In this document: positions 51,230 through 64,000 of the stretch, piece after piece
Layout: each line of letters starts with the position of its first letter
Position numbering within the stretch: the stretch's first letter is position 1
Assembly: GCA_002633005.1 (NCBI GenBank)
Contig: NMRA01000328.1
Span: 61,195-125,194, forward strand
Direction of reading: 5' to 3'
Source: Phoronis australis
Lineage: Eukaryota; Animalia; Phoronida
Length of the DNA: 64,000 nucleotides
The notes under the pieces: generated by a model
What the model saw: only the letters and a program-made list of their open reading frames with translations
Told to the model about the DNA's origin: nothing
Database searches by the model: none
Translations under genes and position numbers: made by a program

Positions 51230-52375
51230 CCATAGTTTGTTAATTAGATGGAGTAGGAATTTTGACAGTTTAGGTTTGAATTGCGATGAAATCTGAGAAA
51301 TGTCGTCAGTGGCAATGAGAGCAGCGACTATAAAAATTTACAGATGTGTTCCCGATGAGAAGAGTGTGATTAACATTGATTTTCGGACAGGTTCGACCAA
51401 TGTGTAACTCCCTAGTTGTTATTTTTTTGTGTGTCTGTCGCCAAATTACCTTAAATCTTTGTCAGGGAGTTTCGTGAAATTTGGTAGATGTGTTCCTATT
51501 GCGCTGACGACGGATGATAACGAGTTTTGGATCAAGTCAAATGGTGCTGTGTCCCTTAGAGACAATTTTTTTTTTGAATTTGCCTCTGTATCTTTGGAGT
51601 TCATCATTGGATTTTCTTAAATTCAGAAAATAGGCCTCTATAAGGCCTTTTCATTTTCGGACAGATTCAATACATTTTGTACCACCTACTGTATCTCCTT
51701 AATCCTTTGCCGGATCTTTGAAACTGTGGCAAGTCCACGACTTTTCAGTAGATCTGATTACCGCTGTGTCTCCTACTTGCAATTTTAGTTTTTACATTTA
51801 CCGTCTTATTGTCAGAGTTCCATGATAGTTTTTCGTGAAATTTGTCAAAATAATCTTCTGTTATGGAGACAACGGCCTCTTTGTATTTTAGGACAAATGT
51901 GGCGCTACATAGTGGCTATTTTTATTATTTTTTAGTTTGTTTTTTGTTGTGTGTATCTGTATCTGAAAAACTGCGCAGAGGATCATCATGAAATTTGGCA
52001 GATGTGTTCTTGCTGACAAGGGTATGACTGACATTGATTTTTGGGTGGGTCCAACTACTTAAGTGCCCCCTAGTGGCATTTGGTGAAATTTGGCTTGTGT
52101 ATTCCTAATAGCTTGACTACAGATTTAATTATCCAATTGCTGCTCTGCCTTCTAATGGAATGTAATTTTTTGCATTTTTCGAGCTCTATCTTTTTAATTT
52201 TTATCAAATTTGGCACATAGTTTTCTATTAGGGAGGCGAAGACGCCCTCCAATTCAGACAGATTCGATGTTGTCTTCACCATATAGTGGCCCTTGTTATT
52301 AACACCGCTAGAAACACACGGTAATAGCTGTGCAGTCATGGACGCATTTCAGTGCATTGCGTTGCTCATGTATTT
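51230..52375 (-). mobile_element. HINE-like element, diverged inverted copy
   Basis: About 52330-52375 is the reverse complement of the head at 17490-17535, preceded by the same degenerate tandem units. The left boundary is approximate. Confidence 0.6.
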
Positions 52376-53021
52376 CTTGACATCTTTGATGGTTGTGATG
52401 TGCATTTCATATCTGACCGTTGAAGAACTAAGAATACTCATTTTTGAAATTCAGCCTTTGAAAAATGAAATTCGGTATACTCCTTGTATAAATGACTGAT
52501 TTCATTGACTTTTTATTTCAGATGTGACAAATGTTGGTGTTTACTTTTCTGTATGCTGTTACTTCTGAATGGTTCAATAAGTCATATGGCGCCCCCTGTT
52601 GTCACTGACCCATTGTGTGGACCATCCTTATTATAAGCTGTGACCTGGACCTTCTTGTTATGTAGTGCTATTTACAACACCGGATATCCTACTTATAAAA
52701 TACGTCCATTATGCTCTCAAGCATCACAATTTATTATCCAGTTTATAATGTGGCACCTAACAATGTTCTGTCTTGTACATGTTATACTTTGGGCCTATGG
52801 ACATGTGTATATATTTAAAAAAATCACTATTTTTTACAACACCATGTTAAAAGTCACAAAATATTGTCACCACATGGCCTGTTTAATTGCCTTTCTATGA
52901 GATGTAAAATGTACTTTGAGCTGGATTTTAGAAATAGGTTAAAGGTGTATTTTGCCCTTGTTTATCTGACTAAAAAAGAAAAATGGAGTTAGGTCTTTTT
53001 TCTCACATAAGCGGTCTCATG

Positions 53022-53615
53022 TTACTGACCGTGATGAGAGTACTCATACTGCTCACCATGATGAGAGTCTACTCATAATACTACTCACCATGATGAGAGT
53101 CTACTCATACTACTCACCATGATGAGAGTCTACTCATACTACTCATCATGATGAGAGTCTACTCATACTACTCACCATGATGAGAGTCTACTCTAACGTT
53201 ACTGACCATGATGAGAGTTTACTCTAATGTTACTGACCATGATGAGAGTCTACTCATACTACTCACCATGATGAGAGTCTACTCATACTACTCACCATGA
53301 TGAGAGTCTACTCATAATACTACTCACCATGATGAGAGTCTACTCATAATACTACTCACCATGATGAGAGTCTACTCATACTACTCACCATGATGAGAGT
53401 ACTCATAATACTACTCACCATGATGAGAGTCTACTCTAACGTTACTGACCATGATGAGAGTTTACTCTAATGTTACTGACTATGATGAGAGTCTAGTCCT
53501 AATATTACTGACCATGATGAGAGTACTCATAATACTCACCATGATGAGAGTCTACTTATACTGCTCACCATGATGAGAGTCTCTTCATAATATTACTCAC
53601 AATGATGAGAGTCTA
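53022..53615. repeat. Minisatellite, unit about 29-33 bp, roughly 19 copies
   Basis: Unit ctactcaccatgatgagagtctactcata, with variants (..ctctaacgttactgacc..) and no unique spacers. Confidence 0.95.
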
Positions 53616-55131
53616 TATCTGTTAGAGTTCATTGGGCTTGGATAATTCTAAAGTTTACTAACTTGAAAATAGTGCATGTACACATCGCCTGTGATTTGAG
53701 TTGCTAACGGAAATGGAATTCTATCATGGTAAGAAATATTGACACCGATTTTATGAGCCCAAATTCAATTTTCGTGTTTTAGCCAGCTAAACGGTGAAAT
53801 TCAGCTCGAAGGGTTGGTTAAAATGTTTCAAAACCTCTCGCCCTCACTCCTGATATATGTTTGGTTTAATTTATCTGTTTATATTGCCCTATTTTTGGTA
53901 GAAATTGAGCGCAACTGGCCCCTCTGGCAGCCTTTTTGTTGTCCAAGAATTACACACTGATTCTTAAAATTTGCACTTGAATGAATTAATAATATTCAGT
54001 GAAGTGTTTCTCAATCGTTACCTTCAAAATCAAGATGGTGGACCAAAAAGACAGTCAGGTTAGGAGGCACAGAACAGTTCTCACTGGGTTTTGCCTAGCA
54101 AAACACACATCACTTGATTTGTAACCTTTTCTTCACTCTGTCAAAAACAGGATGCAAAGAATGGCATGTTTTCAATTATTTCACATAAAAAGCCCAGCAG
54201 ATGAGCACAGAAACTTTATTCTTTCTTGTATTTTTGACCATTTCATTCCCACTGACAACCAAGCTAGACTAAGAAAAATAAGGGCAAAAAAATGCAAAAT
54301 CGGCACTTTTCACCCGAAAAACACCACTTCCCTGCCGATGCACGACTAAAACCAAACTTAGAGTCTGAAAGCAAATTTCCTACCGATTCAGAAAATGTGG
54401 TCCAAAAGTACTGTCAACCAACTAGTTTTTTTGCAATTCTTGCTTGTTTGAGGGCTACCTAAAATCACAGCCAATTTCTCGGTCGCTACCCAACAATGCA
54501 CAATTGCAGCTGGGGGCCGCCATCTTGAAGAAGAGTGCAGCTACAGCCAAGAAAGTGGCCTTTTTTTATTCACAGCATGTTCACAAATACAAACAAACCA
54601 CATTCACTGAGCCTACGTGCAATGCCCACCTACAAAATGCCCCCAAACTTGGCCTACCCCAAAATTTCTATATTTTGGGACTGCAAATTGGCCGCGGCCG
54701 CAGCCTAACTATTCAGTGCCACCTTATGTATTTCAGGTTTAGGTCAATGTCATTTTACTCGAAGTATTCAGTGACATGGTGCATTGATATCTTTTTTCTA
54801 AAAATACTCTTCTAAGTTTATTCAGTGTTACAGGAGGAGTGACCACCTGGGAAAAACTACTGTTTAAAACATTTTATGTGCAACTAAATTTCATTTTGAA
54901 ATCTCAAGGGTACAATTATGTATGATTATGGATATGTTTCACAAATTATTATTGTAACAGTTCCTCTTGTTGTTGTTATGCAAGCACTTGAACCTTTTTG
55001 GCGTTTGTTTCTTTTCTCTTCATATCAATGATAGAGACACTAGTGAGTTTAAGGGCCCTGCATAATATGGGTACCATTGGGTGCGTGACCACTTCAGTTG
55101 AATACTAGGGTCTCTAGTCTGGCCACTGACC

Positions 55132-58100
55132 ATGAGGTTTATTATATTTCTGCTCGTTTGGTCACTCACCTGCTGGCCCATTGTGTGCTGTGTGAGGGAA
55201 CAGGACAGGTCCAGACAGGTACGTAACGCAATGATTATAACCTGTATACAGTTTGGGAATTTTAAAATTATTAGTTTCTATGTGTCTGAAAATGTTATTT
55301 GCTTGTTAACTGGTTGTTTGGCTGGGTCATACTGATCACATGACTGATCTGCAGTTCATCTCTTGCCTCTCATAAGTTTGTTTGCATCATTGTCCAAATT
55401 AGCAGGGAAATGTCTCCTTCATACAAGTCTTTATCACCTAAATTGGGGTGACCATTCGTTTTTAATTGGCCAATACAACATTTATTCCAGTATGTGTTCA
55501 TCAAGTGAACTTTTGCTTTAAGATTTGTCTGTCTATTGTTGCACTTGGATGTCAAGCCTATTAGAATTGTTGAAAGTTTCAGATTACATGTTAGTGCTGT
55601 GAAATAAAATTTTATGTAGAGGGAATAGTGTTGAAATAAGTATACAAATGTTTACTACCATAGGGCATACCTGCTATATATTTTTTACTGGGATCTCACT
55701 CTTTTTACCATGATAGTAACAATAATAAACATTTACCTGCAGCCTTATCTTCACATATAATAATAGTCATACTGATAACTGAGCACCTGGGCTCATGAAT
55801 GTACCCTCAATGGTTATACCTGCTTATTAGGGTCCCTGACTGCAGCCTCGGTATTTACTCATCAGGTTGCCATTACCTCAGAGTTTCAAGGCATATGTTT
55901 ACTGTCAAGTAAATTACAAGCATTTTTGCTCTTGGTGTGAACATTATGCAAGTTTTGCTTCCTTGAACATTTCAGTCAGATCCTGATTGACTTCGCCTAC
56001 CAGGGTACACACAATTGCACTTTAGTCCCGGAAGGGGTTTCTTGTCTATATATTTTGACAGAGGCTTGAGCTAGAATATTGGGTTAGCCACCCACGTAGA
56101 ATGTAGGCTCAAAAAAGGGGCCCATTTGGAGGGAGCTTCTAAGAAAAAGCCACTCTTTTGTGGAATTCTGTTCAGTAATTTCTTAACCTTTTGTAGGCGC
56201 TAATTCCATAAACCTAATCCTTTTAAGGGATTCTTCAACAGTGGGCTTGAGCCCATTCAGACGTACCACATTGTCAAAGATGAGCTGCATTTCTGCCATC
56301 ACAGTTTGTAGTTCTTTGTAAAAACAAAATGTTTTCTAGGAATTCATTTTCCGGAAGTGAACCTGTTGTTAGGTGCAAATTGTAATGTGGTATTTTGTTG
56401 GACCTTTGGTAAGTAAGCTGGTTGAGGTAACACACTTGAGCAGCCGAGGTGCCATACTTCTTGTATCGGTAGTACCCCAGGTTCAGTTCTGTGATAGTTG
56501 CACATAAAACATTTACCCTGTGACAACAATGACATCGCATTTTAATCTGTCGCAATTGTTGAGTCATGATGATTCGCATAAAAAATTTCTTTATTGGATA
56601 TTAGATAGCAATCACATGCCGTGGATCAGAAGGCAGTTAGGAGAAGAAATTTCACATGTCAAATTTTGGCTAGGCTTTTCATTGTTCAACCCCAAATCAG
56701 ATGGCAAATGTGTTTTTTTACCATCTGAAGACTACATTCAATGACTTGATTGAGGTTAGGTTCTGCCCGCTCATGGCAATCGTACATCATTGGCAAGATT
56801 ACGTGCATTTTGCGCATCGATGAAGATAGGACAACTTTGTGAACACCCAGTTTAAAGAAGTAGTATCAAGGTTGAAGATTACTAAATTATGATTTGAGAA
56901 GTCATTCACATGATAGGCAAACCTCCTCTGACCAACGCGATAGAAAAACGTTCTATAGACTACCAAGTATATTCGCACCACACGACACTGGCACCACATG
57001 ACACTGCTTAATTTCATGGTAAACCACAGTTAACTTGAAAGCTTGCGGAGTAATAGCTATATTTAAAAAGCCTTAAGTGTCCGATGTACCTTCTGGCCAG
57101 ACATCCTAACTGCCTTCGTATGAAAGTTGTATTTCTGAGCAGCTTTCAGTTTAGCTTTGCGCGATTGTCGCAAGATTACCAATGCTTTGTCTGTGCATTG
57201 TGTATTTGCCAGGCTTTCTTCTCTTAACATGCAATTTATTAGGATTATTAGTAAAAAACAATCTCACTTGTTAAATCATCATAAAGGAATGTGGTAAGAG
57301 TGTTTTTATGAAACAGCCTCTGCAGAAGTGACCTTGCTCATTGTCGAAACTCTCAATGACCTTCAATGCATGTCACCTGTCCATCACTCTCAATAATTTG
57401 GTTTCACCTGCTCCATTGCATTGTTCAAGTTCTTCCTGTCTTGTTTATTGCCTTCATCATACCTGACTGTCTTGGTAGGGTCATATCTGTCTGTGACCTC
57501 TGAACTGTCATCACAGTTGTCTTCTCATCCACCTCTTAGTGGTAGTGCATCACATTATTTAGTAACTGTTGTGATTTCAGCTTGAAAGCGTTAATCAGCT
57601 GATCAAAAAAATCATTGAAGCAAAACTCAAGGTAGCAAATTATGTACACTTGGGGGAATTAGAAGCACCACAACAATTACCACAGTAATAATAGTGAAAT
57701 GTGACTCCCAAAAATTTCATCTTTGCGCATGAGGATTCCACATTCCTGCCTACAACTTCTGCCTTGCCACTGTTTCTAATCATCTTCTGTCACTTTGCAC
57801 TGTGTCAAAAGTTAGTCTAAATGGAACTTTTCTGTTTAAAAGAGACCTGAACTGCATGTTTCAGCATTTTAGTATGAAATTTTTAAAGTATAAAGGCTGG
57901 TTTCTGACATTCAAATCGTCTTAAATAGTGCACAGTATTTTTCTTGTTTGCTTTGAAAAATAAAAATTAATTAGTTGTTAAAGACGGACTGTGAGTGCTA
58001 TTTTTAGTGACATCACTGAGGCTGCATAGCACAAAGGGATCATTGGCCGTGCCAGTGCCTATTCCAGTCAACAGATCAATCTGTGCTTACTCACAACCTA

Positions 58101-61100
58101 TTTGTTTTAATTTCTTCTCTGTGACGTTGGTGCATCCTGGGGACTAGCCAGTCAGCTAGCCATTTGACACTATCGTCAAAATACAGCTAGGCACCACTGT
58201 GTGTTGAGTTTCGTTAGACCTCGAAATTTCACATAGCCCAGGTAGCTCTGCTCGTCACCTCGTCGTTGAAACTTATATCAACATGTAGAGCTATAAACCA
58301 GCAGGGGTGCATGCAAAATCTGGGTGTCAACTGACACTCACCTTGCCCGCTGCAGTCGTTTAAGTGAAAACCAATCTAATAAACGCCATTTCCTTGCAAA
58401 AGTCTCCACCTTTTCTAACAAAGAAAAGTCAGTCATCATTTTGAAAACAGTAAGCACATGACACGCGCATGCACTATTTTCTAAAATTTTGCAACATCTC
58501 TCAGGAGATGATATCAGCTTCGTAGCAGCAAAGTTTGTTGGTATTAAAATACTAAAAATTTGAAACAGAATGAAACCAGTTCCGATAATTTGTTGTGACA
58601 TGTACACAACCTCGTGGAAGAGAAGAACAGCTGATTGAAGAATTGGGGAACGAAACTTGTCAATAAGGCAATAGGTGCGTTGTCGAAAGCTGATCCAAAA
58701 GAGCGCACCACAATTTTAGCAGCAGAGTGAATGGTAGAAGGTCAATTTTTTCAACACCGGTAAATAATTTTGTTTACTCAAGGAAGAGTATAGTTTTTAA
58801 TGACACTAATTGTGTGTCAGATTTTATTTGATCAGGTTTTACTCACATCGGTGCAACGGCTGTGTATTTAGCATGCAGCTTTGCACCAAGGCAAGGCTAT
58901 GCGGCCGGGACCCCTGGCCTGATGCAGAACGGCATTGTTCCACTAATAGTCAACAGGACATGGCAGTAAACTTGTATTATGAACTGTTGAGAGCCCAAAT
59001 CGCAGACAAGTTATGCTCATAAAGTATAGTTCTGTAGCCGTGAGGCCTTCACTCAATGAGCTATACATAATAACTTTGATTTGGCTCATTGCCTTCACCC
59101 ATGGTGCAGCCTCAGTGACATCAGACGTGCATTAGCCAATAGGAATTAGCATTGGAAAAAACACTTTACAAAAATGCGAAAGAATAATAAAGATGTGATT
59201 TTTGTTACAGACTTGATTCATAAACTAAATTACATTAAAAATGCATGTTTTTATATTTCAAGAAATTTTTAAAGCTGCATTCCGCTCTGTTCAGCTTGCT
59301 AAAAATAAAAATTGCCTTAGGCCTTGTACACTTATAAAGCCAGTCTCATAATTTTTACTGTGATTGGATTATATTTCTATTACCAACAGGAACATCAAAA
59401 TCATTAGCAAATCAAGAAAATGCTTTAGAGTTTATTGAGGTAGGCCAACACTAAAATGGCGCATATACACCTTGCCTACAACTTGAGTACGACAATGAAA
59501 ATGGAATCCCATCTCAGTTTGGAATGTTACAAGATAGTTCTGAGAGTTAAAGCAGTGGTGGATCTAGGATTTCACAAGGGGGGGCAACATTTTGTCTGTA
59601 AACATTTGATCAAAGCACGATTGTAGATGCACCATAGCACCGAATGGGGGGAGGTCGGGAGGGGAGTAGGAAATTTTTGTGTTTTTTCCTCTAAAAATCA
59701 AGCATTTTCCTTGATACCCGAAGTATTATCCAAGAAAAAAAGCCAAAAAAAAAGAAAAAAGAAGGTGTCAACCAGGAAAAACTGCAAGTACCACAGACTG
59801 GAACTCACGACCTAGCGGATAGAGCGCGCGTGCTTCACCACTGCACCACCACGATTTAACACCTAAGAGACCTACTTGTTTATGGTCCACAGCATTTGCG
59901 CGCGAAACCTCCTTCTTTTTGTAATGCTTATTACATGTTTTATATTTTGTGCGATCAGTTTGTAACAAATTTGTTGTATTTAAAATAGTCTTCAATTGCC
60001 CAAAAGTCCAAATCTGTTTCTTGTGTTGGCAATAATGACGGGATTGCGTTGGAAATCGCCTTAAGTTAAGGTTTGACAATGAGAGAATTATGACTTTCTG
60101 AGTGATTCACTAAGGCTTCGATTAAAATTGACATCTTACCAGCAGCTTCTGTTTTTTCACCATCACTCAGATTCCATTTTCTTTAAAAAAATTTCTATAT
60201 TGCACAGTGGAGCGGACGACGGAAACGGAGTCGTAGTGCCTAGCGCCACTGCTGGTCGCCTGAGATATCACGGGAGAGCCTATATTACTTACCGTATTCG
60301 CCGTAATAACCGCCCAGGGCGCTTAGAAAAGTTCGGTTCAGGGGGGCGCTTATTATAACCCAAGGCGATTGAAACCCGGTTTCCGAAACGGGTGAAATCG
60401 GAAGCTAAGATTCATCAAATTTACGCTGTGACGTATATGTAATCTACGAAAGACTTTCAACAAAACTTTGGTGCATTGCTATCAAACTTTGTTGCTAAAT
60501 TACAATCATGTTACAGAAAATTGTGCTGAAATCCCAGGGCGAAAACTCGCCGACTGACTGCCTCGACGTCAATGCTTGAATAAATTTTTTTTCAACTCAA
60601 GCAAATTACCTGAAATCCTCATTAAGTTTTATAAGTAGCATCTCCAAGATTTTTTAAGTTCCCGTGGAGTCTGGATTAACGGCAGGTTTAAGTACAAATC
60701 TGTGCATCATCGTGCCATTGTGTGATCGGCAAAACGGCGAGAAAAATGTCTGGACGAACACACATGTTGTTGTCACGTGACGTTTGTTTTGAAGTTCGTC
60801 TGCGAGTAAGCGAGCGCGTGCGTGTCACCAGAGTTCATTTGCCAAAGCAGAGACCGTCTTTTGGCCAGAGCCACGCAATCTAACTAGCTAGACGTGTCAC
60901 AAGCAGTAGGTTTAAACCAGAGCGTGTTTCATTCAGCACTTTTCGGTCTCGTGCTGAAAACGTTCGACATTTGTCTCGGTAAGGCCCATATTAGTCGCCG
61001 TGTAGCTGGATGCCTACGTAACTATCTGACAGTTATTTTTCGGTGTAAGGGTATGTAAGCATTCACTGTCAGTTGTCATTTTATCGGATATTCGGCTTAA

Positions 61101-62999
61101 AAACACCAATTATGGTTAATCAAACAATCCATCTCAAAAATAACGCAAACATGTTTTATAGTATTAGAAATTGTCGGAAATTAGTGCCAATATTCATTTC
61201 TTATCGATGCTATGCTACCCGTTTCATGAATGGATAGTTCCCGACTAATGTCTTTGATGACAGGTTCATGTATGTAGCGCGCGCTTCCCGGCCACGTGCG
61301 TTTAACACAGTTATTTTTCATGAGACAGTCGATGTGTCTACTGAAAGGTCAGACCATAGTGGAACGCGGTCGTCGCGAGAGCCTAGCAATGCTGTTGCGT
61401 TCTTTTTGAAGCGCTGCGTTACTTTGAAGTGTAAAGTCACGGCTAAATACAAACTTAGCAGTGCCGCTGGTGGTCTAGAAGACCCGTGCAAAAATTTTTT
61501 GATAAATTGAAGACGTTACTGTAGCCGAGTTTTAGGACTGTAGGTACGTCATTGTTCGCATGCACACGTTCATGGACTGGGCGCTTATTTCACCAAAGTC
61601 TGAAAACGCGTGGGGGGGCGCTTATAGGGGCATGGGCGGTTATTACGGCGAATACGGTATCCATAGTTCCGTTATGATTGCGCCATGTTCTGAATTTGAC
61701 ACTTGAAATTGGATCTGAGCCCCCCCCCAGACATTAAAACTGCACGCATTTAAATCTTGTTTCAGCCGTATAATTTTAATCACCGGGATAAATTAATAAA
61801 CTCAACATTTCCGTACGCTCTTACTGTTTTATTTTTTTGCGGTGTCCAAGGGGGGAGACCGCCCCCCCCCCCTAAATCCGCCTATGTAAAGCCCTAATTC
61901 GATTTTCTTTTTTGGCCAGCTAAACAGAGCAAAATGCAGCTTTAAACTGGACATCTCTGCTATTTTGTGTATAATGTTGTGTAGGACTTAATTGATATGT
62001 GTGAGCATCTCGTCAAATATCTAGAAAACTATAGAGATTCACTCTATAAAGTACATGTTTTCTGAAAGTAGAAAAGCTCAATATTTCTATTTTTAAGTTA
62101 GTACGCATGTGTCATGAAGTGGGTCAATTGACCATGTCTTTTTAGAAAAAATGAAGCAAAGTAGAAACTAAAGGTACTTTTGTAGCAAACTAAATATATC
62201 GATAACTTGACCAAATTTCATTTGAAATAAATTTATTTTTTGTTTTATGCAACTATACAGTTAGACTGTAGGTGCGCCCAATTTGTGGAAAAGCCAAGTG
62301 TTTTCCCCGCTCTGTTGCAGGTGTTGTTACCACCAGGCTTTGTGGGTCAACAAAATTGTTGTCCTTGTATGCTTGCATAGTCACTTGAAATATGTTTTAG
62401 GTTACTCCAAATTACCTCAAGTCCCTATAGATCTTGCAGTTACTTAACAAAGACTCAAAGTACATTGGACATGACTATATAACTGTCTGGGCCCAATGTC
62501 TCCAGGGATCAACAAGGTATTGAGTGTTTGGTGCTTGTTGCTAGCAGGCCAACCAGCTGCAGTTATCCATTCTTATCTAACTGGAATACACACATTTCAT
62601 CCTGTCTTTTGTGAAATATCTGGATACAAGATATTGCAATTCAGTAAAATTGTCAAATGGCTCTAGCTGAAGTTAATCTGTGTTCAAACAGAAAGTTGTC
62701 CTGAGTATCGTGCACCAAGAACATCTGGTACAGTTCTGCTATAACATGGCTGAAGTGATGGAAGACACCCTGCGCATGCATAAGCTTTGCCATGACGTTA
62801 AATATTATGTACCCCCTTTGATTCCTTTACATGGCCCCAAGCACTTACTAATTTGACGTTGTCAATCTTTGTCTCCCGGTTATCCCAAAGTCAGTGGATT
62901 CCTTCTCATCGCTACCACTTCAGCCTTCTGTCACCAATTTCACACCGTCTCTTGGAGACTTTTCTACTTGGGGCCAGTTGGGGGCAAATCCTATGTATG
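55132..62999 (+). CDS. Tentative 5' part of a gene for a secreted protein (candidate exons 55132-55218 and 62891-62999), continuing beyond the window
   Basis: accATG opens MRFIIFLLVWSLTCWPIVCCVREQDRSRQ, which resembles a signal peptide and ends at CAG|gtacgt (phase 0). A phase-0 open exon SVDSFSSLPLQPSVTNFTPSLGDFSTWGQLGANPMY follows aaag| at 62890 and ends at G|gtaagc. I recognise no homology. Confidence 0.35.
58014..59117. mobile_element. TIR element with CAC...GTG ends and 4-bp TSD (Chapaev/CACTA-clade-like, non-autonomous)
   Basis: 13-bp perfect TIR cactgaggctgca / tgcagcctcagtg, with acat duplicated at 58010-58013 and 59118-59121. Confidence 0.65.
59553..61885. mobile_element. CA...TG MITE with 5-bp TSD, nested in the TTAA element
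   Basis: cagtggtggatctagg ... cctaaatccgcctatg, with taaag duplicated at 59548-59552 and 61886-61890. Confidence 0.7.
60292..61657 (+). mobile_element. pogo/Tc1-like non-autonomous DNA transposon, copy 2
   Basis: 24-bp perfect TIR ccgtattcgccgtaataaccgccc / gggcggttattacggcgaatacgg with TA on both sides. Confidence 0.88.
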
Positions 63000-63559
63000 G
63001 TAAGCATCCACCAGAAACTTGGGTTTTCATACTTCAACAAGATGTCCAGAGAAAGGGTCACTTTTTAGACCTGACCACGTCACACAGTTACACATTTAAA
63101 TTATGATTTTTGACCTTTAGGGCATATTTAAATGGACTTCATTAGGGTGCCAAAAAGATGTGCTCTGTGACAAAGTCATTATAATCTTTAGGAAGTATAG
63201 ACGTACTGTACGAATCTACTACTCAGGCTACGTAATCAGAAACAACATCACCTCAAAATGTGTAGATACAACATCATTTTGGAAACATCGGTTACAGTTT
63301 CACTTGTTCTTGAGTGAAAATGATGTCTGAGATCAAGATTTAGATTTGATTTATTCGGGTCTAGTTTGGAGAAACTTCACATTGAAGGGAGTGTCAGTTA
63401 AAGGGCCCCTGGTATACTGCCTGAGGGGCTGTTTGAAGTCTTGCTGAGAATCAGTTCCCATGTTTCTAGTGGCTCCCTCAGGAAAAGTGAGGCAATTGAT
63501 TTCATCATTGGGGCCCATTACATGAGTGCTTCCTTCAGAAAAAGGATATAAATACAAAA

Positions 63560-64000
63560 AATGGAAAAGAGTAGCCCCGGATCCCATGCCGTCATCAGAC
63601 CCTTTCCAAGAACTGGCCATTTTTACTGTTTTCGAGTCCACCCCTTTGTCAACCAAACCACTCTTAAGAATAATTGTGAATACTGGCATATATGTTTCTA
63701 TTGTGAAGAGGACGGTTGACGGTGATATTCAGATGACTTCAAATACTGTGGCGCCTCCTAGTGGCAGTTTTGTTTATTTGTGCACCCATAACTGCCCCTA
63801 AACCTCTTCAGGATCTTTATTAAATTTAGCAAGTGTATTTATAGGAAGTTGAAAACAGACGATGACAACTTTCAGATGGATCAGACAACTGGTGTTTCCC
63901 CTTAGTGGCAATTTTAGTTTTTTATGTAGACCTCTGTCTCTTCAAAGGTTCTCTATGGATTTTCATAAAATTTGGCAGATAGGCATCTGTTAGTGAGGCC
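63560..64000 (-). repeat. HINE-like element, inverted copy truncated by the window end
   Basis: Reverse complement of about 17610-17960 (for example tggccatttttactgttttcgagtccacccc vs gggtggactcaaaaacagcaaaaatggcca). Confidence 0.7.

Larger units (their letters stand above)
59273..61941. mobile_element. TTAA-flanked (Kolobok-like) element carrying nested insertions
   Basis: TTAA|agctgcattccgctctgttcagc ... gctaaacagagcaaaatgcagct|TTAA, with imperfect TIRs of about 40 bp. The same terminus also occurs at about 4371 and 53750-53810. Confidence 0.7.

Noticed and set aside
53022-53615. CRISPR-like array or C/D snoRNA cluster (repeated ATGATGA)
   Set aside because: The units are contiguous with no unique spacers, there are no cas genes, and the context is eukaryotic. 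The units are too short for snoRNAs. It is a minisatellite.
56000-57050. Cys-rich minus-strand ORF fragments, possibly a decayed transposase
   Set aside because: Fragmented, with no family motif or termini that I can identify. A translated search would be needed.
59790-59853. Minus-strand tRNA gene
   Set aside because: A-box and degenerate B-box only, lying inside a MITE. It is a tRNA-derived relic.

Overview
Eukaryotic (animal) genomic DNA: AT-rich, GT-AG introns, four single-N scaffold joins (9718, 14361, 36102, 46088). The repeat content suggests a marine invertebrate, but the species is unresolved. Three spliced genes can be rebuilt by hand with consistent splice phases: a regucalcin/SMP-30 gene (+, 5 coding exons, 306 aa), a lysosomal acid/gastric lipase gene (-, 9 coding exons, 407 aa, one exon present twice across a gap), and a 9-finger C2H2 zinc-finger gene (+, about 12 coding exons, about 645 aa). 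A fourth, tentative gene for a secreted protein may start at 55132 and run off the window. The rest is introns, UTR and a dense set of non-autonomous transposons: pogo/Tc1-like, Harbinger-like, TTAA-flanked, 5-bp-TSD MITEs, Helentron-type HINEs and LINE fragments. The most unusual structures are a 903-bp insertion with a 19-bp direct repeat, an internal tRNA-like module, a conserved 22-bp palindrome and a 160-bp hairpin, and a three-level nested transposon whose empty site is also in the window. I see no prokaryotic system and no CRISPR array. All coordinates were read by eye.
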